Virus record (IMG/VR): IMGVR_UViG_3300017917_001353
Location: 38,545-102,544 of that record
Source: a virus
Taxonomy: Duplodnaviria; Heunggongvirae; Uroviricota; Caudoviricetes
Direction: 5' to 3' (one strand)
DNA length: 64,000 nt
The notes below the pieces were generated by a model. It was not told the origin of the DNA. It saw only the letters and a program-made list of their open reading frames with translations, and did no database searches. A program made the translations under genes and the position numbers. Below are positions 9,932 to 19,143 of this stretch, piece after piece. Numbering within the stretch: position 1 is the stretch's first letter; the number at the start of each line of letters is the position of its first letter.

Positions 9932-10474
9932 ATGTATAATTTCATAAGACAAATTGCCGAAGGTAAAACTCCTAAAACATTAGAACGCATTAAGTTATCA
10001 TATGCGTTAGATGGGCTCGGACGAAGCCTTAGCAAACGTACTCTTAACTATCATTATGGTAAACTATACAAGGCCTATTGTGATAGATTCAATGAGGGCA
10101 AGGGCGATCTAGACTTCAACGAAGCGGGTGCATTTTTACATGCCAAGTACTTTAGTCAATTTACAAGTCCAAAAAGCAATAATGTACCCTCCGGTGCATG
10201 TCTAGACTTTATACAGCAACACTATAAAGATTTCAACGACTTTAAAGAAAAGTTTTCGAAAGTTGCAATGGGCATACAAGGTAGCGGATGGGCCTACCTC
10301 GCTAGAGACGGTAAGATTAAAACAATTACCAACCATCAAATCAAAAACGATATTGTGTTAATTATTGACTGGTGGGAACATGCCTGGGCACTTGACTACG
10401 AAAGCGATAAAGAAGCCTATCTAAATAACCAGTGGAAAATTATAGACTGGTCCATTATCGAACAGCGCATATAA
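9932..10474 (+). CDS. Fe/Mn superoxide dismutase-like protein
   Basis: N-terminal LSYALDGL...NYHYGKLYKAY resembles SOD LPYAYDALEP...EYHYGKHHQTY. C-terminal IDWWEHAWALDYESDKEAYLNNQWKIIDWSIIEQR matches the SOD D.WEHAYY...N.R..Y...W..VNW motif. The second-shell His-His pair is replaced by L-Y. Confidence 0.6.
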   Translation: MYNFIRQIAEGKTPKTLERIKLSYALDGLGRSLSKRTLNYHYGKLYKAYCDRFNEGKGDLDFNEAGAFLHAKYFSQFTSPKSNNVPSGACLDFIQQHYKDFNDFKEKFSKVAMGIQGSGWAYLARDGKIKTITNHQIKNDIVLIIDWWEHAWALDYESDKEAYLNNQWKIIDWSIIEQRI

Positions 10475-10478
10475 GAAA

Positions 10479-10505
10479 ACCCCGGAGTTACCCGGGGCTT
10501 CTTTC
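10479..10505. terminator. bidirectional hairpin terminator
   Basis: ccccggagttaccgggg hairpin with T-runs on both strands, between convergent genes. Confidence 0.5.
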
Positions 10506-10565
10506 TACTATAATATAATTTTAGGCTACGCCACTAACAATATAATTTATTATAATTTTCAATAT

Positions 10566-10835
10566 TTATTTCTTAGCGCCGGCATTGACAAAGGTATACA
10601 TCTTTTCTGCGGTTTCAAGAACTTTGTCTAGACCAGGAAATTGTGGCATAGCAACTGTAGTAACGATCTGACCAGTCTTTTCGTCACGCTGTGCGCTCAT
10701 TTCCCAACCTTGGAAAGCAACACGATATTCGCTTTCAACTAGATCCTTAGCCATTGCTAGGATGTCTGTACGGATTTCATAACCGTTTTTGTTAAATTTA
10801 ACTTCGGGCATTTTAGGTGTTTCAAAAGTTGACAT
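10566..10835 (-). CDS. hypothetical protein
   Basis: 89 aa ORF in the minus-strand cluster 10566-11493. Confidence 0.35.
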   Translation of the reverse strand: MSTFETPKMPEVKFNKNGYEIRTDILAMAKDLVESEYRVAFQGWEMSAQRDEKTGQIVTTVAMPQFPGLDKVLETAEKMYTFVNAGAKK

Positions 10836-10862
10836 ATTTTTCTCCTTATCTGTGTGTATGTC

Positions 10863-11135
10863 TTATTGAGCGTCAGCAGATGTTTCTGCTTTAGCGGCCT
10901 TAGCTCTGGCTGCTTTAGTTACTTCCACGGGCTGTGGAAATAAAACTTTACCAATGGAGTCGATGCTGTACTTAGAAAGATCAATTGCATTGTTAACTAG
11001 CATTTTTGCAAATGCTGTCTGTGCATTGATATAATCGTGTGCAGCCTTGTTTAGTGTAGGATCTTTGATGATCTGATTTGTGACAGTACGTTTTGTTTCT
11101 TGAAACGTATCTATGAAAAAGTTTGGTCCAAACAT
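10863..11135 (-). CDS. hypothetical protein
   Basis: 90 aa ORF on the minus strand. Confidence 0.35.
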   Translation of the reverse strand: MFGPNFFIDTFQETKRTVTNQIIKDPTLNKAAHDYINAQTAFAKMLVNNAIDLSKYSIDSIGKVLFPQPVEVTKAARAKAAKAETSADAQ

Positions 11136-11646
11136 TTTGTTTTCTCCTGTGTGTGTAATATTATATATCTAAAGTTTAAAAAAAGCAATAAAAATCTGAC
11201 TTATTCGTAGACTTTTTTTGCCTCTTCAACTCTGCCTTGACGTGCTAGTGCAGATGCTGCACGAGCCTGTGCCATAGAAATGAAAAAGTCACCTACTGCT
11301 TTGAAAAAGGTCTTCATAGGAATCTCCCATGTGATTTTAATTCGAACTCTTTTGTGAAGTGCTCGACATCAGCGGCGTTTTGTGGGTATCTGTTAGAAAT
11401 GTAGCGATCTAACTCGCTTTGATAATGTTGACGTGGAAACATCTCTGCTAGTCGCTCTAAGATGTTGAACATTGTTTCTGATATAGTTTTCATATTTTTC
11501 CTCTGTATGTGTGTAGATACTCATGGTTTCTACTGAGTATTTATACATTCTATGTGCGACCGCAGCAAAAGTCAACGTTTTGTTTTGCCAAAAAGTATGC
11601 TATATTTGTTTACTGTAACCACTAAATACATCAAAGGAAAAACATC

Positions 11647-11946
11647 TTGAAAAGATCAACTCGTAGTCTTTTAGAAGAACTAAACTCTATATCTATCAAG
11701 AAGAACAGTGAAGCCGTCATTGAAAGTCGTGCTGCACATGTTATTGATAGTGCCATTAATCTTCTAACCGTAATAAGAGAAAATTACGACCCAGAAGATG
11801 CATACGAGCTAGAGCGTAGACTAATCAACAGTATCAAGGGCGGAGATCCTAGTAAATTTGTTCGCAGTATCCGTAGACTGCGTGATAATAAAGAAACTGC
11901 TAAAAATCTCAAAATAATCAAGGGCGACCTAGATTCTGACGATTAA
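11647..11946 (+). CDS. hypothetical protein
   Basis: 99 aa ORF. Confidence 0.3.
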   Translation: MKRSTRSLLEELNSISIKKNSEAVIESRAAHVIDSAINLLTVIRENYDPEDAYELERRLINSIKGGDPSKFVRSIRRLRDNKETAKNLKIIKGDLDSDD

Positions 11947-12040
11947 TCGGCCATTTGAGCAATATTTTTCCAATTCTGATAAATATCTATACAAAAGCAC
12001 CTCTGAGCGAGGTGAGACATATAGATAAAGGAGAAATATT

Positions 12041-12436
12041 ATGTCAGCAGGAATTACTCGTGTTAATGGTACAGTTGCAGCACCAAGCCAGCGTCCAAGT
12101 ACCCTAAGTTTTTACAAAATCAGTTTCGCTGCTTCCGTAGCAGACCAAGTTGGTGTCGTTGACGGCGCTATCGATCAAGTTGTTCGCGCTTGCTCTTTAT
12201 TCGCAACCGTTGGTATGGTTGGTACAGTTCAGAACCTAGGTACTGGTGCTGGTCGTGACCTACTAGTTGCCCTAGAAGACACAGGCGTTGATGCTCTAAG
12301 CCCAAGCGGTTTAGGTATGGGTGCTCCAGCAAACGAAGCATCTACAGCGGCCGCTCTAGAAACTGCTATTCAAGCTCTAGGCACAGTTAACGGTAAGGCT
12401 CTAGGTAGCGCAACTGTTGCTGCTTGGACATTCTAA
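12041..12436 (+). CDS. hypothetical Ala/Gly-rich small protein (own strong RBS and terminator)
   Basis: RBS AAGGAG 7 nt upstream. 131 aa. Followed by a terminator. Confidence 0.4.
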   Translation: MSAGITRVNGTVAAPSQRPSTLSFYKISFAASVADQVGVVDGAIDQVVRACSLFATVGMVGTVQNLGTGAGRDLLVALEDTGVDALSPSGLGMGAPANEASTAAALETAIQALGTVNGKALGSATVAAWTF

Positions 12437-12462
12437 TCTTAAATTAGAAGTTAACTAGCACA

Positions 12463-12490
12463 GGGGAGTTTTTTAACTCCCCTTTTTCTT
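12463..12490 (+). terminator. rho-independent terminator
   Basis: ggggagtt/aactcccc hairpin plus TTTTT. Confidence 0.6.
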
Positions 12491-12947
12491 GGCCATAAAT
12501 ATATTATATAGGTATATTATGGAAGTTATTGAAATTCAAACCTTGATCGACATTACAAAGACCAAGGCCGTGCGGCCCAATCAAGGCAGTCAATTAGAAT
12601 ACGACCAGAATAGAAATTTCATGACGCTGTGTCAATGCATTGAGATTCGTAGTATTATGGAGTATGACTCTCCTCCCACTGTTGATAATATCGACGTTAA
12701 GGGATTAGGATTTGGCAGCGAGTATAAAGGCAAACATCGTGTTTGGACTTTTAGATTTAGACCCGACCGAGTAGGAGTCTATATCGATGAAGCAGGCAAT
12801 AAAGTTGGAAGTCTATTAGACGATCTTGATCAAGTGCCCGTAATAAAAAATTTAACCGAAACGGTAAATATAGACAGAGCAATGTTTAACTGCAAAGACG
12901 CCTCATCAAAGAATGTGGTAGTCCGTACAGTAGACGGCTCAATATAA
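12489..12947 (+). CDS. hypothetical protein
   Basis: 152 aa ORF. Confidence 0.3.
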   Translation: MAINILYRYIMEVIEIQTLIDITKTKAVRPNQGSQLEYDQNRNFMTLCQCIEIRSIMEYDSPPTVDNIDVKGLGFGSEYKGKHRVWTFRFRPDRVGVYIDEAGNKVGSLLDDLDQVPVIKNLTETVNIDRAMFNCKDASSKNVVVRTVDGSI

Positions 12948-12957
12948 GGAGATATAT

Positions 12958-13200
12958 TTGATGTCGTCTAATCTAGGACCAATTGACGTTGAAAAAGAAA
13001 ACTTAGCAGCACACGTTGATCTTTGTGCTCAAAGATACGCCCAACTAGACGAGCGTCTAACAAATATAGAAGGCAAGTTCTCTGAACTTCAGAAACTAAT
13101 TGAATCTAGCCAGAACAGCATGACTAGAATAATGATAGGAACCGCAGGGACTGTTATAACCGGTATTTTAGGTTTAGTAGTTGTTGTTTTACAAAAATGA
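12958..13200 (+). CDS. small coiled-coil protein with C-terminal transmembrane helix
   Basis: 80 aa. C-terminal IMIGTAGTVITGILGLVVVVL is hydrophobic. Confidence 0.35.
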   Translation: MMSSNLGPIDVEKENLAAHVDLCAQRYAQLDERLTNIEGKFSELQKLIESSQNSMTRIMIGTAGTVITGILGLVVVVLQK

Positions 13201-13517
13201 AAATATTTGAATTATTTGAACAGACTATAGCACCAACACCCCCCGGCCAGGCTCAAACACCGCCACCGGCTCAATCTCCAACAACTCCAGTAACTACTGC
13301 AACCGCAACTACACAGGCTGGCAAAACGCCAATAACTCCTCCTCAGCCAATGGGGCAAAGTCCTGAACAACAACAGCAGCAACAACAGATGCAGCAGTTA
13401 TCACAACAAACTAAGACTAACCTAACAGACTTAGATAAAATTGCCGCACAGATTGTAGGTCTGAAGCAGAAACAGCAACAGATGCAACAACAAATTCAAA
13501 AGACAGTAGGCGTATGA
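13197..13517 (+). CDS. Pro/Thr/Gln-rich low-complexity protein
   Basis: 106 aa with PT-rich and QQQQQQQ tracts. ATGA-overlap coupling. Confidence 0.35.
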   Translation: MKIFELFEQTIAPTPPGQAQTPPPAQSPTTPVTTATATTQAGKTPITPPQPMGQSPEQQQQQQQMQQLSQQTKTNLTDLDKIAAQIVGLKQKQQQMQQQIQKTVGV

Positions 13518-13723
13518 GAATACATCAACTAATTGGCGGCCCTTCCATCTCCCTCACAAACGAGGAAGATTCTTTTGTTAAGAAATATAACACAGAAGTA
13601 AAGATTACTAGTTTAGACGAACACGACCAGTGGTTAGCTCAGAATTTGGTACGCAAGGGTGTATATCAAATAGGTGAAGATAACAACACTTTGATTAGAA
13701 ATCTAAATGAGAAATCTACCTAA
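13514..13723 (+). CDS. hypothetical protein
   Basis: 69 aa coupled ORF. Confidence 0.3.
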   Translation: MRIHQLIGGPSISLTNEEDSFVKKYNTEVKITSLDEHDQWLAQNLVRKGVYQIGEDNNTLIRNLNEKST

Positions 13724-14171
13724 GAACCTATACTATAGAATACAGCAACTTTCCGAAGAGGTTCAAGAAGAACTGAAGAAGAAAGGCGTAGTCGCTCCTG
13801 TAAAGAACAGTGACGGTACAATATCTGTCGGCCGCTATACTATAATTAAAACTCTGCAGGGCTATGAAGTACTAGATGCTCGGGGCGATGTAGTAGTCGA
13901 CGGAATTAATTTACCGCAGACTGCTATACTTGTTGCTAATAATCTAGCACTGGGCAGATTTAAGGACAACAGCATCATTGACAACGATAGAAGATACGGT
14001 TATGCTTTATTTGAGGAAGAACTTCATAACAGAGCGGTGTCAAATAGCAAAAAACGCACCTTAGAATACTTTGATTTAATGTCAACTAAGGCTGCTATTG
14101 CTAAACACAAGAAGGAACAGTACAAGCGAGACCTTCTAAACAAATATGAAAAACTCATTCAACTCGTATAA
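13707..14171 (+). CDS. hypothetical protein
   Basis: 154 aa ORF. Confidence 0.3.
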   Translation: MRNLPKNLYYRIQQLSEEVQEELKKKGVVAPVKNSDGTISVGRYTIIKTLQGYEVLDARGDVVVDGINLPQTAILVANNLALGRFKDNSIIDNDRRYGYALFEEELHNRAVSNSKKRTLEYFDLMSTKAAIAKHKKEQYKRDLLNKYEKLIQLV

Positions 14172-14187
14172 ATAACAATAACCACTT

Positions 14188-15615
14188 TTGGAACTCGTTA
14201 TGAAAACAACAGATTTTAGACCACAGGTTTCTAGTTCTAAACTAAAAGAAAACTTTGCCAAGCAGTTTGGTAAGCACGTTAATTTAGAAAAATATAACCG
14301 TGAACAACTAGAGGATATGCGTAACAAACTTCGCACCCGTGTTTTTCAACACGAAGGATCTTCTAAGTTCAATGATCTATTACACAATGAGTCATACCAA
14401 CAAGACAAAGCAATGCTAGAATTGCTAAACACAAGGATTAAAGAAATGCTAGGCGAAGACATCAAAAAATTACGCGACAAAATGGTCGAACTAAGTGAAG
14501 GTAAAAAGGGCGTCAAGATCGCCAAGCACCCACATGGTAGCAAAAAGGCTACTAAAGATTACGACGGTGACGGCAAAGTAGAAACACCTAAAGACGAAGT
14601 CTGGGGTAGCCGCGCTAAGGCTGCTAAGAAAGCAGGAAAGCCATTTGAAGAAAGCGCAAAGCCAGATTTCTTAGACATGGACAAAGACGGCAATAAGAAA
14701 GAGCCGATGAAGAAAGCCGTTAAGGACAAGAAAGTCAAAGAAGGTTTCCCAACTGTTGCTGACGCCAAGGCTCGTGCAGAAAAGGAAAAGACCACAGGCA
14801 AGTTTGACAAGAAAGAAACTAGCACCGGAACACAGTACACACGTAAGTCTAGCACATTCAGCGATGGCGGTGATGATAAAGATGTAAAGGCAGCAAAGAA
14901 GAAAGCCAAGTCTACTTCTGAAGGTAAGGACGAAGGAAAGCCAGGTAAGAACTTTGCTAAGATTGCTAAGAAGGCCGGAGAGAAGTACGGTAGCAAAGAA
15001 GCAGGCGAGCGTGTAGCAGGAGCAGTTCGTAACAAAATGAAAAAAGCAGGAAAACTAGAAGAAGGCTTTAAACAGCATGTTCGTATCGTTAACGAAAGTC
15101 TAGCGTATCTACTAGCAGAAGATGAAGAAGGTAAGGCTAAGGCAATTACCGCTGCCGGTGATATGGTCAATGACTTTACAAGTTGGATGCAGCGTGTTGG
15201 TCAATACCAGACTAAGACAATGATTGAACTTGCTGACGCAATCAAGGCAGACTTTGGCGCACAAGAAGCAGAACAGTTCAAGCAGGCTGTTGCACCTGCA
15301 CTAAGCCAAACACTTGAAGTTCTAACACAACAGCGTGAAGCAATCAGTGCCGCAGTTGCAGTACTAGCAGGCGAAGCAACTCCTGAGATGCCAATGGGCG
15401 CTGAGCCAGGCGGCGAACTACCTCCTGAGCCAGGAATGGATGCAGCAGGTCCTGACATGATGAATCCTGAGCCAGCAGGCGATGAATTCGCAGCCAGCGA
15501 TGCAGCCGCAGGTGGTCCAGAAGCAGCAGGTCGTGCAATGCGCGAAAGCAAAGAACAGCGCCGCGCTCGTAAACTAGCAGAAGCACACAGCATCATTTCT
15601 AAACTAGCAAAGTAA
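14188..15615 (+). CDS. highly charged Lys/Glu/Ala-rich protein (possible scaffold or internal virion protein)
   Basis: 475 aa with KKAKS-type low complexity. Antisense ORFs inside it are composition artefacts. Confidence 0.35.
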   Translation: MELVMKTTDFRPQVSSSKLKENFAKQFGKHVNLEKYNREQLEDMRNKLRTRVFQHEGSSKFNDLLHNESYQQDKAMLELLNTRIKEMLGEDIKKLRDKMVELSEGKKGVKIAKHPHGSKKATKDYDGDGKVETPKDEVWGSRAKAAKKAGKPFEESAKPDFLDMDKDGNKKEPMKKAVKDKKVKEGFPTVADAKARAEKEKTTGKFDKKETSTGTQYTRKSSTFSDGGDDKDVKAAKKKAKSTSEGKDEGKPGKNFAKIAKKAGEKYGSKEAGERVAGAVRNKMKKAGKLEEGFKQHVRIVNESLAYLLAEDEEGKAKAITAAGDMVNDFTSWMQRVGQYQTKTMIELADAIKADFGAQEAEQFKQAVAPALSQTLEVLTQQREAISAAVAVLAGEATPEMPMGAEPGGELPPEPGMDAAGPDMMNPEPAGDEFAASDAAAGGPEAAGRAMRESKEQRRARKLAEAHSIISKLAK

Positions 15616-15974
15616 TGAGATTATTTGAAGTAGACCTTGGGTCTGCTAGAGATGTCCTAGCAGTCATGCAAGGCCTAGCAGACAAAGAAGGGCAGGAAAG
15701 TAAACTGCCCTTTCCCGTTGTGATGAATATTCTAAAACCTTTTGGTTTAGGAATTAGTACACCGGACGCTCTTATTGCTCTTAAGAATAGTGTAGATCCA
15801 AACGGCGATGTTATCAAAGATGTGGCCGATGACGGCACAGTTACACTGAATACCAAAGTTCAGGGCGCCGAAACTAGCCAAGATCAAATGCAACAACAAC
15901 CGGGCGGCGGTTCTGCTTCTAGCGTAGATCAAATGGCTTCTGCCAATTCTAAAAATCTTTCCCCTAAAATTTGA
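15615..15974 (+). CDS. hypothetical protein
   Basis: 119 aa coupled ORF. Confidence 0.3.
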   Translation: MRLFEVDLGSARDVLAVMQGLADKEGQESKLPFPVVMNILKPFGLGISTPDALIALKNSVDPNGDVIKDVADDGTVTLNTKVQGAETSQDQMQQQPGGGSASSVDQMASANSKNLSPKI

Positions 15975-16732
15975 CATTTAAGAATCAGGTAGTTATAATT
16001 AAGTTTATGACTATCTATTCCCCACCTCCGTTTATTGAACGGTTCCAATATAAAAACTGCGTACAGGTAAATGACCCTGTAACTAGAAAACGTGTTTACC
16101 AAACTCCGGACGGGGAAACACTACCTAGTGTAACTACAATCCTAAGTTCAACTAAGGACATGACTGCCTTAAACGAATGGAGGAAGAGGATTGGTGAAGA
16201 CAAGGCCAACCAAATTACACGAGAAGCGGCAGGCGTTGGTACAGCCATGCACAGCAATCTGGAAAGATTTATTGCAGGCCTGCAACGTCAGCCTGGCAAT
16301 AATCCAGTTCATGTACAGGCCAACAAAATGGCTGACATTATTATTGAAAATGGCCTAAAGGATGTTAACGAAGTATGGGCCATGGAACAGAGCTTATACT
16401 TTCCCGGGCTATATTCGGGTACAACTGACCTAGTAGGTGTTTACAAAGGCAATCCTAGTGTAATGGATTATAAGCAGACTAACAAACCTAAAAAAGAAGA
16501 ATGGATCGATGACTACAAAGTTCAATTGGTAGCATACATCATGGCACATAATGAAGTGTATGGAACAACAATCAATGAAGGCCATGTATTCATGTGTAGT
16601 AGAGATTTACAATATCAACAATTCGATCTTTGGCCGGACGAGTTCGAGCATTGGCAGAACAAATGGTTGGATAAGGTTCAAGAATATTACACCACAGGTA
16701 TGCAAGGTCTTAAGCAAATCCTAACACAATGA
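15971..16732 (+). CDS. PD-(D/E)XK-type nuclease (YqaJ/Cas4-like fold)
   Basis: TDLVGVYKGNPSVMDYKQT gives a D..(D/E).K catalytic arrangement. 253 aa. Confidence 0.4.
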   Translation: MTFKNQVVIIKFMTIYSPPPFIERFQYKNCVQVNDPVTRKRVYQTPDGETLPSVTTILSSTKDMTALNEWRKRIGEDKANQITREAAGVGTAMHSNLERFIAGLQRQPGNNPVHVQANKMADIIIENGLKDVNEVWAMEQSLYFPGLYSGTTDLVGVYKGNPSVMDYKQTNKPKKEEWIDDYKVQLVAYIMAHNEVYGTTINEGHVFMCSRDLQYQQFDLWPDEFEHWQNKWLDKVQEYYTTGMQGLKQILTQ

Positions 16733-17028
16733 TCGGTATAGATATTACTCGAATCTCTCGATTTGAATCTATGTCTTACAGGTTACCTAGATTGAGCGAG
16801 AGATTTGAGACCGTATTGAGTACGCCCTTAGAAGCCGCAAAATGGTGGGCCTGTCATGAGGCAGTGATAAAATGTCTTGGTAGTCCACCTGACTGGAAAA
16901 CTAGCAAAATCGTCTTCAAACAAGGCACTTCTCCGTCATTTATTGGCGAAAAACATATAGCATTGAGCCTAAGTCACGAAGGCGATCTTGTAGTAGCGGT
17001 AGCAGTGCTCAATCCTTACCAAATGTAG
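16729..17028 (+). CDS. acpS: holo-[acyl-carrier-protein] synthase (4'-phosphopantetheinyl transferase, AcpS type)
   Basis: MIGIDITRISRF..., ...ACHEAVIKCLG..., ...LSLSHEGDLVVAVAVL match the AcpS pattern GiDiv.i.R ... KEA..KalG ... lSlSH....a.A.v. Ends in TAG, which is rare in this window. Confidence 0.6.
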   Translation: MIGIDITRISRFESMSYRLPRLSERFETVLSTPLEAAKWWACHEAVIKCLGSPPDWKTSKIVFKQGTSPSFIGEKHIALSLSHEGDLVVAVAVLNPYQM

Positions 17029-17057
17029 CATAAATATCCCATAACAGGGATATTTTT

Positions 17058-18671
17058 ATGGCCGTCATTGAAATTGCTAAGATTCAGGTCCGAAGAGGAC
17101 AAGAAAACGTTACGGGCGTACCCCAACTAGATCCGGGTGAATTTGGATGGGCGCAGGACACACAGCATCTTTACATTGGTAAAAGAATAAGTGAAGGTGC
17201 AAATAGTGACGAAAATGCCAGAGTTCTAACCGATTTAGATCTACGCGATATCCTAGATATCATCGGCGGTGGCGGAAGCGGTGGTAGTACCTCCACCAAT
17301 ACTTATAGATATAGAGCCGATTTAGATTATACTTATTTTAGAAGTACAACAACCACAGTTGCTCGTAAATTAGATTCCCAGGTCAATCTTGCAGACTTCA
17401 GCCAAACTACACTTAGCGGCGATATAACGCAGGTACTAAAAAGGGCAATTACAGATATCTATGCTAATGATTACTACGGTACAGATACTATTAGAACTTT
17501 AAAACTTCCCGCAGGAGATTTCTTTGTATCCGGCGTAGTCGACCTTCCTCCATCAGTTACGCTAATAGGCGAGGGAATAGGTATAACAAGATTAATTTTA
17601 GATAGTTCTGGAACTAGTATGTTTAGAACTGTTGATAAACTAGGAGCACATTTTGAAGAAAGTATGCAGTTTGATGGCCGTGCTTCTAAGAATGTTGAAA
17701 TCTCAAACATGACCATTGCCTACAGCGGAGATTTTCCTAACGATTCTCCGTTGATTGCCCTAGATAATACAGAAAGACCTAAGATTAGAAACGTAGAATT
17801 TACTACTATCAATACGACTACCGGATATGTATCAACTGGTGTAGGTATCGAAGTTAGAGGTTCAATAGGCGATGACGAAAGTACAGTTATTTGTAAAGAT
17901 ATCGAAATTGTAGATTGCAGATTCAATGTGTTAAATGTTGCTATTAAAGAAACAGGATCAGTTTCTAAATCGATAATCGAAGGCAACAGTTTCTCTAATC
18001 TTAACAACGGTATCTATATATCTAGCCCCGGATACTTTGTACCTAATGATATTTTAGTTTCTAAGAATAAATTTAGTTTTGTATTCAACGAAGCAATCTA
18101 TACAACAACTGCTACTAATTCTTCTCGCGTAGTTAGTAACGAAAATCAATACTACTATGTAGGCAACAGATCTTCTACACCTGACCAAATCGGCTATGCG
18201 TCGAAGCCAGTGTTAACATTTAACTCTCCTGGCAATGTTTCTATTAATGACTATTTTAATAGAGCAGACGTCCCCTTTACAACGGACTTCTACTATAACC
18301 CGTTAGTAAATGCAAATGCAAAAGTAATTAATGATAAACCTCGCGAAACTATTATACCTGCAAGCGTCAACGATCAGCATGTTCTAAAGATTCCGCTAAC
18401 GGGCCAGGAACAGTTAGTTGTAGTTGAATATCTGTTAAGTAATAGTGATATGAGTAGAAAAGGAAAGTTAACTCTAAACATTGCAGCAGACGGATATGCT
18501 AGTGTCAGTGATTACTACAACTACTCTGAACTTACTACAGGCGAGTCAGCAAAAATTATTTTTTCAACAGACTATACTTCGGGAAGTTCTAAAAACTATG
18601 TTTGGTTAACTGCATCAAACTTTTCATCGTATCAAACTAATTTACAATATACTTTAGAAATTACGGTTTAA
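17058..18671 (+). CDS. right-handed beta-helix (pectin-lyase fold) protein, tailspike/depolymerase-like
   Basis: Repeated PbH1-like units (NMTIAYSG, IRNVEFTT, IEIVDCRFN, IIEGNSFSNLNNGIYISS). 537 aa. Confidence 0.45.
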   Translation: MAVIEIAKIQVRRGQENVTGVPQLDPGEFGWAQDTQHLYIGKRISEGANSDENARVLTDLDLRDILDIIGGGGSGGSTSTNTYRYRADLDYTYFRSTTTTVARKLDSQVNLADFSQTTLSGDITQVLKRAITDIYANDYYGTDTIRTLKLPAGDFFVSGVVDLPPSVTLIGEGIGITRLILDSSGTSMFRTVDKLGAHFEESMQFDGRASKNVEISNMTIAYSGDFPNDSPLIALDNTERPKIRNVEFTTINTTTGYVSTGVGIEVRGSIGDDESTVICKDIEIVDCRFNVLNVAIKETGSVSKSIIEGNSFSNLNNGIYISSPGYFVPNDILVSKNKFSFVFNEAIYTTTATNSSRVVSNENQYYYVGNRSSTPDQIGYASKPVLTFNSPGNVSINDYFNRADVPFTTDFYYNPLVNANAKVINDKPRETIIPASVNDQHVLKIPLTGQEQLVVVEYLLSNSDMSRKGKLTLNIAADGYASVSDYYNYSELTTGESAKIIFSTDYTSGSSKNYVWLTASNFSSYQTNLQYTLEITV

Positions 18672-19106
18672 ATGTTTCAGAAATCGGTAGACGATAGGCT
18701 GTCTGACTGGGCAGCATTTCGAAAATCTTTAAACACCAGTTTGACTCCCTTTGAGGATACATGTGAATACTGGAGCCATGCTCCCTACATTCCATTTAAT
18801 CACACAATCGATCCATTCAATCAGCGAAGTTGGCCCACACCGTGGGACATTATCGTAGCAAACAAGTACGATGATTTTACCAAGGCTTTGATGATTGCTT
18901 GGACAATAAAGTTAACAGATAAGTTCAAAAGTTCTAAAATTGAAATTAAAACTCTTGTTAATGATCAAAAGAGTTGCTATTATAACGTAGTGTATGTTGA
19001 TGATGAGACAGCATTAAACTACCATGATAATGGTCCGTTTCCGGTGTCTGAGATGCCGGGTTCGTTTTTCATTGAAAATATAATAGAACTAAAGAACACT
19101 TGGTAA
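18672..19106 (+). CDS. hypothetical protein
   Basis: 144 aa ORF. Confidence 0.3.
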   Translation: MFQKSVDDRLSDWAAFRKSLNTSLTPFEDTCEYWSHAPYIPFNHTIDPFNQRSWPTPWDIIVANKYDDFTKALMIAWTIKLTDKFKSSKIEIKTLVNDQKSCYYNVVYVDDETALNYHDNGPFPVSEMPGSFFIENIIELKNTW

Positions 19107-19143
19107 ATATCTGTCTCGGCATCTATAAGGTTACAAAATTAAT

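Noticed and set aside
14346-15596. Several minus-strand ORFs (65-203 aa) inside the Lys-rich gene 14188..15615
   Set aside because: They are antisense to low-complexity AAG/GAA/GCA-rich coding sequence, and give typical artefactual Ser/Leu/Phe-rich translations.
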